Of a stretch of DNA of 64,000 nucleotides, positions 54,222 through 64,000 are shown in pieces. A program made the position numbers and the translations under genes. Each line of letters opens with the position of its first letter. Position 1 is the first letter of the stretch. Origin of the DNA: Octopus vulgaris (lineage: Eukaryota); assembly GCA_951406725.2 (NCBI GenBank), contig OX597821.1:96162001-96226000 (forward strand). The letters run 5' to 3'. The notes beneath the pieces were generated by a model that saw nothing but the letters and a program-made list of their open reading frames with translations, did no database searches and was not told where the DNA came from.

Positions 54222-56194
54222 GTAACACAAACACGCACACATATGTAAATACATATACGTAAAACGTTTCAACGACAGAATACCTGTGCGGCTATAATTG
54301 CACCGAAGTTTGCATGAGGTCTAATTAATACTTCCTTAATTAATTAATGCAGCTAATTCTCATGCTTGATGGTGTGTTATATAATTTTCTTCACGAAGTG
54401 ATTACGAAACATCTACACAACCAGATGATTTATTCTAGATATTGAGTGATATATATATACAATCGTATGTATGTCTGTATGCGTGTGTGTGTGCGTGCGT
54501 GTGTGTGTGGGGGTGTGCGCGTTTGTGTATGTGTGTGTATGCCTGTTGAAATGCATGCTTACCTCATGATTCGAGTTTCACTCAAACACGAACTTCACTT
54601 ATATAGCCTGAAGATCACGTTGTTGAATCACGAAACAAACACCCAATTTTCATAAACATAATCTTAAACATGTATAGTGTACCCCTTTATTCGTTTAGCA
54701 CAATCACATAATACATACATACATACATACGTACATACATATAATGTATATACACACACATACACTCATATACGTTCATACACATACACGCGTACAAACA
54801 CTCACAGGAAACGGATACACACACATATATATATAAAACTTTAGCAAACTTTATGCTTCGGTTAAAATTGGCCCAGGGTGTGTTTAAGCATCATAGTACC
54901 ACCCGAGAGATTCTGTTTTGTCGTCTTAAAAGCTTTGTGATGTCAAGTAATGCAATGTTTTCGACTAAAGATATACTCTGAAGAAAATTTTCTACCTATC
55001 GTTTCAAGGTTATGAGATTTTTAGCTTTGATTTGTTTTGAGGTAAAGCACGGCTTGTTGAGGAAAAAGCAATTTTGTTACAATGTAGTTATGTATTGGAA
55101 ACCTAACTTGCGTTGAGGGAATATGGCACGGGTCCCAGCTTTGAATGAAGAATAAACTTGATGTTAAGGTCGTTTAGACAAAGCTGGTGATATACTCTCC
55201 ACAGAATGAGAATGATGACGTTGGGAAGATTAGTCATATACACTCACATATACTAACACACATACACACACACGCACATACACACAAACACACACTCACA
55301 CACACATATGTTCATACATGCATTTAATATATACAAATATAAGTACGCACACGCATATGTATTTGCATTGAAGTTAATGAAAGTGAGGAAACTATCCGAT
55401 ACCATAGCAGAGTATAAGGTATATGCAAGTATATACAAATATATACAGATATCAAAGAAACGTCAGAGTAATAGTGAACTGGTTCAGTCGATTCGTATTA
55501 CATGTGAAAGTAAGTATATGTGCATGGTTATTGTATATATGTGTGTATATGCTAGGATATATGAGTGCGTGCATATGTATACATGGGGGAGAGAGAGAAG
55601 AAAAAGGGGTCTAGAGAAATAGCGAACACCCAAAGAATATAAATACTCACCAAAGCATGGTGTATTATTTTTGTTGTTTTTCTTCCAGAAGAAAGGTTGT
55701 AGTGCCATTTATCTCTAAGAAGGGTTTTATAACTTCGAGTTCTAAAACTATATATGAGATGGTAGTAAGCAGCGGTGGTTTCTGGGCTCAAAAGTTATAT
55801 ACTAAAGTTTATGAGTTTGCTGTGGGGGAGACGAGAGATATGACATTTTGGGTCTGAAATTTTGTGTTCTGAAACGGGAATATATTACTATGTATTTGTG
55901 TCTCTGAAACACAAAGATCAACATCGTTCCGTAGAGGTTTGACACGTTCTAATATGATTTCTTTTGTTTTTAAAAAAAAATACAAATAAAAACATATACT
56001 TCAATAAACTAGTTTAAGAGGTTCTTGTAGGGCTTCTAAAAATGTTTTGATTGAAACTTAACGTAAAAGGATCCTCAGTCAATCCGATATCAAACTTAAT
56101 AAAAATTATTAGTGATTTCAAAATATATGAATTTTCTTTTGGACAATATAACGAAGTTAAAACAATTGCATGAGTATGAAGATTTGGATGTAGA

Positions 56195-56242
56195 TCATCA
56201 TTATCATCATCATCATCATCATCATCATTATTATTATTATTG

Positions 56243-56313
<71 letters not shown>
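56195..56313. repeat. (CAT)n/(TTA)n microsatellite; a second (TTA)n tract at 56490-56543
   Basis: Directly visible. Confidence 0.95.
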
Positions 56314-56315
<2 letters not shown>

Positions 56316-56487
56316 TGTTTCTGAAGCAAAACTATGAATAAGTGAATCTCAGTTTAATATTATTTCTTTCGGTAAATTTTTATATAATATTTTAATGAAT
56401 TTTATTACACTACTTATGGTGACATGAAGACTGAAGAAAATGTTACACTAAATAAATAAACGTTCCCTACATTTTCTATGATTCAGA

Positions 56488-56544
<57 letters not shown>

Positions 56545-57062
56545 ATAGGTTATCGATATTCGGGTGGAAAGCGTAAACTTCGCTGTTATCTATCACTTCT
56601 GTCACATTTGCTCTTTCTTTCCCCCTCTCTCCCTCTCTTTCTCTGTGTGTCCCCACGTTTATCTTCCCGTCACTAACTACTGTTGTTGTATGAATAGATG
56701 TTACTTTCTGACTGGTAGCAGGAGAATTGTGACAGCGGTCAGTGAAGAAAATACATCTTTATTTAGCTGTGTATTATTGAGCATGATTTCATGTATATAT
56801 TTCTACTAAAATAGTAAAATAAGGTCAAGGTGAATTCCGGTATTGAATTACTTGTACATAGATTAAATGACCATGTGTCACATGCCTCATATAGATTTTG
56901 TTGTGTTTAAGCCCCAGTAACATTAGCGGTTCGTCAGAAGGCACCAATAGAATAAGCACTAGGGTTATAAAGAATAAGTCTAGAGGTCGATTTCTTTAAC
57001 TAAAAGGTGGTGCTCCAGCATGGCGACAGTAAAATGACTGGACAAGTAAAAGAATAAAAGAA

Positions 57063-57106
<44 letters not shown>

Positions 57107-57334
57107 CTTTTATATACCCAGGCCTATTTCCCATTTTGTTTTATTGTGGATGTGGTAGCCACAACAAGACACTCATCAGGAATTCCATTCATTTCCCAAC
57201 TCAAAGGGGCGAGCCGCGTTCTACGCTCGGGTCAAGACTCGAACGCAACCCCGATAATCAGCAGCGGGGCCCGACAGCATATGCTGGTTTACCCTCACCG
57301 CATCATGCTGGTTTCGTGCCCCTTTGAGCAACAT

Positions 57335-57600
57335 CAAAATCCACTCATCCATCCACAAGCCCTCTCCAAGTTTTCTTACCATCTACAAACTCTCTTGCCT
57401 ATCTCACTCCAACATCTCTAACCACCAAAGCTTTCTTCAGTCCATCCCTCTACAGAAACCAAGGTCTGCATCTGTCTCTGCTACCTAACAATTCAACCTT
57501 CATCACCCTTTTTACAAGCCACCCCTCATCCATCCTCATACTGTCCAGCCGTGTCACACCAACCAGGCATATCATCTCACAACTAGTTGCCTCCTTTCTG
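57335..57600 (-). mobile_element. RTE LINE C-terminal fragment
   Basis: GVTRLD.MRMDEGWLVKRVMKVELLGSRDRCRP. Confidence 0.65.
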
Positions 57601-57635
57601 CTTCTCTTTCTTTCTCTCTCATTTATGTATATATA

Positions 57636-57846
57636 TATATATACCAATTAAGGACTGAACACGAAAAGTGGACAGTCAACATGCTAGATAAAGACGTCAA
57701 ATCGCCATCTAGCATGTTGACTGTCCACTTTTCGTGTTCAGTCCTTAATTGGTATATATAAATATTTTAATCTTCGGATTCTTTTTTTAATATGCTAGAC
57801 CACTGGTTCTAATTGATAAATATCAATTTCTACCCTAAATTAATTG
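57636..57846. mobile_element. (TA)n-flanked perfect inverted-repeat element
   Basis: 54-bp arms at 57636-57689 and 57707-57760, 17-bp spacer, then an extension similar to 37630-37702. Confidence 0.8.
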
Positions 57847-57959
57847 TATATATATATATATATATTATACACACACTATACTATGCATGTATATATGTGT
57901 GTTTGTATGTCAGTTTGCATCCTTATATTCATGCAGTCAAAAAACATTGTGTGTATGTG

Positions 57960-58045
<86 letters not shown>

Positions 58046-58120
58046 CACTATACATATTTATGTTTACATGTGTGTATGTATGTCTTTGTGCATCTTTATA
58101 TACATGCAATCAAATGTGTG

Positions 58121-58171
<51 letters not shown>

Positions 58172-59019
58172 TGTATCTATGGAGGGGTCAATGTAATTAG
58201 AAGAGACACTCGCACTAATTTTAATTAATGGACTATTTGATTAAACGACCGAAGGTTCAATGACCTAGCATTTTTCTCTCTCTCACAAGCCACAAGTTTA
58301 ACGTGCCCTTGTTATTCTAGAACAAAAGTGTCACAACTATAAAACATGACCTGTCAAATGGCTTACACACGACTGCAATCGCACAAGTATTATATCATTC
58401 ATTTTTTTATAATCATATTTCTTTGCATATATTCTTTATAGTTTGTTACGTCACATTTGCAAATACAAAATTAAATATTTTTTGGTAATAAAGGTGTGCA
58501 TTCGATTCTTATTTAAGCACCCTTCTACCAGGAGCTCAACTGGATTTTCAAGCCAGCTGCACCCCAAAAAATAAGTAAAAGAAAATATGTTGTTAATTAA
58601 GATTTAAAAAATGTTCCAATTACGTAATTGTCATTTAAAGAAAGATTCTTTGTATAAAAAATAGATAGCTGCTTCCTAAACTACAAGATAGTGTTTTATT
58701 TTACTACATTAACATGTCCGTCTTTACGTTCTGGGTTCGTATTCCGATGAGGTCGACTTTGCCTTTTCTCCTGTGGGGTTGATGAAATAGGTACCGGCTG
58801 AGCAGTGGGTCAATGTGTTCTCCAATATATTTCAGGCTTTGTGCCTATAGCAGAAAGGATTTTACTGCATCGACATTACCTATATTTAATTCGGTTAATA
58901 AAACGTGTTTTATTTTACTTAAATTATACTTTTATTTCTTCTTATTTCTCTCATTTCAACTATATTCAGAATGTTAATGATAATACTGATATACATACAT
59001 ATATGTGTACATACAAACA

Positions 59020-59145
<126 letters not shown>

Positions 59146-59240
59146 GATAGAGAGAGAGAGAATAGTGAAGGCTGCTATAAGCAATATAAAACCAAAATGG
59201 AAAAATTTAATTGTTACTAATCGTAATTGACGGTGCTGTG

Positions 59241-59872
59241 TACTATATACTGACAGTTGGGATTTAGCCAAACAATCCAGCGATAATGTAGTCACAACTG
59301 ATGAACTTTTAATTCAAAGTGACTCTAAACTAATTTGGTGATATCGCTCGCTGTGGGGCGGTTATCTCCCCTGTAAGAGCATAGACATGTGTGTCGTTGT
59401 GGATGTAAGGGCTTTTGGCCCTTATTTCAAGCAATGTAGGCATTATCTTCCCTGTAAAATGCATAGATGTGTGTTTCTTCGTGGTTGTAAGGGCATTTAG
59501 ATCTTATTTCTAGCAATGTAGGTGCTACCCTGCACTCTCATCCCCAGTTAGTGACTACTGAAATTCTTCTTTTTGGTTTTATATTTATTATAGCTGCCTT
59601 TATAATTTTCGCATTACCATTTCGCTGAATCATCCACTGATTTATATGGTAAATACTATGTACTGACAGTTGGAATTTAGCCAAACTCTCCAGTGATGGA
59701 GTATTCACCACTGACGAACTTTTATTTCAAAACGAAACTAAACTAGTATAGTGATCTCGCTCGCTGTGGGGCGGTTATCTCCCCTGTAAGAGTATAGACA
59801 TGTGCGTCGTTGTGGATGTAAGGGCTTTTACTCCTCATTTCAAGCAATGTAGGCGCTATCCTGCACCTCCAG
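59241..59872 (+). repeat. 413-bp-period tandem repeat with a hammerhead motif in each unit
   Basis: Units start at 59241 and 59654; motifs at 59292-59341 and 59705-59754; internal 81-bp duplication at 59362/59443. Confidence 0.85.
59705..59754 (+). ncRNA. Type I hammerhead motif (tandem copy 2)
   Basis: TCACCA-CTGACGA-ACTTT tatttc AAAAC-GAAA-CTA aac TAG-TA-TAGTGA; base of stem II is imperfect. Confidence 0.6.
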
Positions 59873-59886
59873 TGACAATTAATAAC

Positions 59887-59959
<73 letters not shown>

Positions 59960-60699
59960 AATCTCTGTTGCTTCACCAGACGCAATAAATTACAGAACCC
60001 AATAACTAAATACAAATGTAGAGTATTCCTTAATACGTTATAACGGTAATGTACCAATTTCCAGTACTCCGAGTTGCTCGTTTCTGATCAAAAGCTGCTA
60101 AACCGAGCCTGGTATTCTTTTGTGAATATTCGCGATCTAAATATTTTTTGAAATATGAAATGAAAATTTGAAGAAGACGTTTATTCTCGTATGTTCTTTC
60201 GTTTGAAAACCTTTGTGAATGACACGGGTGAAAACGGCTGCTTTAAGCTCACGCTGTTTTATTTTAAATCTGGTTCTCATAGTAATATTATAAGCATCAT
60301 AAGCTCCATACACTCGAAGCCATGAAATTGCGTTGCATTTAAAACAATGTTCCAAAAGAATATTCTAATCAATATTTTAATTGATTTATAACTACGTGTA
60401 TATAGATATGAAAGAACTAAGATTTATTATTTTTATAAGTGCCGAAATGTGTATTATCATCTTATTTATATCTTACAATACACATTTTAATTAATGTTTT
60501 TAAAAACAATGAATGTATATCCCGGTTTTTTTATTTTGTATACATATGTACACTCATGGACACACATGTATACACAAATGATATATTTATGCAAAATTGT
60601 ATGTTTATGCATATATCTATACGTATACACATACAAATGCTTATGGGCATATACTAACATATAGACACGCGTTCGCACATATTAAGACTATATATCAAT

Positions 60700-61165
60700 A
60701 AAAATTATATCTTAAACAGTTTGAAAACCTCTGTTTTTTCTGAACCAGAGAGAAATTCAAGGTGGCTTGTATTTATTAGTCCTTTGAGTTAAACTTTTCA
60801 GGTTTTTGCTCAGACAAAGGTCATGCCACATCGTTGCTTTGACACTCTCGTTCTTGTAAAGTTACGCATTATCTACAACAAACCAGGTAATTTTGAAATC
60901 GTGAGGTTTTTCTCACACAAGAACCAAATAAACTTCGACAAAGCCGTATCACATTTTCTGTCGGGGCTGATAAATGAATGCTTATGCTTGTAATAACGGT
61001 TTCTAAAGTGAATTCCGTTGCACCAATATATGTTTTAGGTTGACCACTGCTGTTTGATTCAAACTTAGCACTGTATACTATCGACTTTATCAGACAATTA
61101 TTCTGTCCACCATGCAAACCCATTTGGTACTGTTCTACCCAAGCATGAAAATAATAGCACACATT
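60700..61165 (-). mobile_element. Penelope-like GIY-YIG endonuclease remnant
   Basis: NNCLIKSIVYSAK...PKTYIGATEFT, then frameshifted RNRYYKHKHSF..PDRKCDTALSKFIW. Confidence 0.85.
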
Positions 61166-62739
61166 TAAATCTTGTGTTTATTAGATCACACTCCCATATA
61201 CACACACACATATATGTATGGATGTGTGCGTGCGTGCGTGTGTGCGTGCGTGCGTGCGTGTGTGTGTGTGTGTAATACTTTCATCTCTTACAACTATCCA
61301 CCCCATTATACTTTAGTTAGTCATTTTTATGTTAGCTATTTAAAATATTGTCCATACATGACATTCTGACCAAGCTTGCTCACCCGTGTTTACCTCACCC
61401 TACCATATGAATTCTTGCACTCGAGTTTCTTCACTACCTTATCAACCCTTCGTCTTCAGGATCTCCCCTTATAACACCCTACCGTCTCACATCGAAAGCA
61501 AACCTAATGCAACATATTTTTATAAAACCCTAACGGTAAATAGAATTTCATATTCTTCAGAAAAAAAAAAAAGCTGACTTTTACTACCACCATTCTTTAA
61601 GAAACCCAAGCTATTTAGAAATTATTATCAAAATAAGTAATAAGGAATGTCGACATGTTTAAATTTTAAAAGAAAGAATTAAAAATGGTAGTATTGCTAT
61701 TTTTGTTTCTTAATAATTCATTATATATTACTAACGTAGAATTCAATGAAAAATGTCGGTGATATTGGATATTACCTTCCCACATAAATTACGAATTCAT
61801 TTTATTACTGAATACTTTCGTTCTGGTTTATTGATTACTTTCCTTTAAATATGAACATATATAGCTAATATCACGTGTATTTGACCATATACTGTGAGTC
61901 ATAGTAGAAATTTTGGCAATCTTGCAAATTTTCAAGTACACGCAAGTACACGCGTACCCGAGATATTAAGCCTTTTTTACTTTTATGTCAATAAAAAAAG
62001 TGAAGCAGATATATGGTACATGATATAACTATTTAACTGTTACTTGAAAGGATTTGAGTGAGGAAGGGCGCGGTGAATCATATAAGTAATGTAAGTGGTC
62101 GAGCACTTGAAAATATTCTAAACACAGTATTGAACAAAATATTTAGTTGCAAATCTTTATTTCTTTTTATAATATAAAATAGCTTTCTTCTTATACCGAT
62201 CGATTTGCTGTTCTCCGTACACATTACGTTATAGTTAATTCCAGATATATTCATCACTGCAAAGCAGGCGTATAGTGTCAATTGAGACCAGTATATATGT
62301 TTACATTGCAATATGGTCCACATTTTTGACAATATTTTATTACTAAATTTGAAATGTGAAGTTTACAATCCTGTAGTGTACAGTAAGTTGTTAATACTTC
62401 AGTCTACGTATTTATTCCTAAATAAAGGTAAATGTACTCTACTCAAAGCCTTTCAACGTGTCTGCTGGACTTCGATAGTGGTACACAGTGTCAACGTTCC
62501 TTTTCTGGATTGACATGCGCAGTCGTCGTTGTGGAAGTAGTATTACAAACAGTTACTGTAAAGTCGGTCGGCTGATACTCGCTTGACTAATTAGAAAGCA
62601 ATCACTATTTATAGTATTCACTGTATGAATTCGCTGCCGAGTGGTGCCAGCTTGGAATGAGAATTAGTGTTGCGAAGACTGAGACATTGACCGCTCAAAA
62701 ATAGTGCTTCTCATGCATTCTGCATATTAGTGGAAGATG

Positions 62740-63573
62740 ACTGAATAAGTAGAAAAGTTTAAGTAACTCAGGACCGTATTCACGAGTGAGGGAGAGTACG
62801 AAGCTGTAGAGGATGCTAGAATGTTGGCGCTGGCACAGTATTGTACCAGTATTCAATCCTCAGAAGAGGTAAAACGCCAAACTTATTATCTTTACCTCGG
62901 TTTTCGTGTTTATCCTCACCTATGGTCATAAATGTTGGATAATGACTGACAGAGTATGATTGCGAATACAAGAGGGCGAATGGGGCTTCTTCGAAAAGTC
63001 TCTGGAGTAACGTTATTCGATAGTATGTGTAACTTGGAAATCAGGGAATCTCTCCAGGCTGAGCTGCTTCTTCTTCATATTGAGAAGTCACGGCTCCACT
63101 ACTGCGGATGGATTCTTCAAGTCGAACCAATCGGCAGGAAACCGACGGGTAGGCTAAGAGCTAGAAAGTTGGATAATATTCATATAATCAGTCGGTCACG
63201 TTTGAGAATCCAGTCGGGAAGTGTAATGACGGTTATTTCTGTTACGACATTATGGAAACGGTACCAGAAAACGCTTAAAGCGGCGAGCTGGCAGAAACGT
63301 TAGCACGCCGGGCGAAATGCCTAGCAGTATTTCGTCTGCCGTTACGTTCTGAGTTCAAATTCCGCCGAGTCAACTTTGCCTTTCATCCTTTCGGGGTCGA
63401 TTAAATAAATACCAGTTACGCACTGGGATCGATATAATCGACTTAATCCGTTTGTCTGTCCTTGTTTGTTCTCTCTGTGTTTAGCCCCTCGTGGATAGTA
63501 AAGAAATAGGTACCAGAGGACGCTACCCCCACGACCATTCCAGGGATAGGAGACAGAGAAGCTGGATGGATGG
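62740..63573 (+). mobile_element. RTE LINE 3' fragment split by a SINE
   Basis: EKFK*L..VFTSEG; MGLLRKVSGVTLFD..CNLEIRESLQ.E.LLLHIEKSRL....GRKPTGR; short GGATGGATGGA tail. Confidence 0.8.
63277..63508 (+). mobile_element. SINE family A, full length, nested in the LINE
   Basis: TSD GGTACCAGA(AA/GG)ACGCT at 63260-63275 and 63509-63524. Confidence 0.9.
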
Positions 63574-64000
63574 AAATGTTTTCAAGAAAGAAAAATGAAC
63601 AATAATGAAAATATTTCACAATAAATTTGGTATTTTAATACCCAATGTCTAATATGAACATAAACATACACACTCATATGTATTGTATATATTTGCTTAT
63701 TTCAGTCATCGAGGTAGCCTAAATTCGATCCTTTGATCGGATAGCATGTAAGTTTCTCTTAGATGATATCTTGGATGCATTGTTTTAAATAAAAAACGGG
63801 ATGGCCAATGACTGATATTTTGTTTTCTCAACCAATAGTTATTTCTAATTAGCCTTATTAATTAGTCCTACATTAAATATGTGAACACTAACTTAACTAT
63901 TCGTCATAGAAGAAGTCTCTACGTAATTTATACACTAAGCAAGGCTAACTGACATTATTTTATTATCGATTTCGTAATGTGGGAAGGTTGAATCCTGAGG

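Noticed and set aside
54557-54612. 45-nt minus-strand exon (CAG...ATGAG|GTAAGC)
   Set aside because: Weak pyrimidine tract and stops in all three frames; cannot be supported without RNA data

Overview
This is AT-rich eukaryotic DNA with no intact protein-coding gene; nearly all supplied ORFs are microsatellite or SINE artefacts. The microsatellite density and SINE families suggest an octopod cephalopod, probably a very long intron or intergenic region (inference). It contains many tRNA-derived SINEs (several with TSDs), RTE and other LINE remnants, mariner and DD37D/maT fossils, Tc1/mariner and hAT MITEs, a Helitron Rep/helicase remnant with non-autonomous Helitrons, and three to four Penelope-like (PLE) GIY-YIG fragments. 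Three things stand out. (1) At least eight type I hammerhead-ribozyme-like motifs sit in short (TA)n-flanked elements, including a 198-bp near-perfect palindrome with a hammerhead on both strands, a 413-bp retrozyme-like tandem repeat, and inverted repeats that break at the ribozyme. (2) A strong minus-strand recursive-splice-site candidate (polyY-CAG|GTAAGA, 71-nt cryptic exon, GTAAGT) lies at about 17.0 kb. (3) A foldback-like pair of inverted ~29-bp arrays lies at 1.6-4.0 kb. All calls were made by eye and boundaries are approximate.
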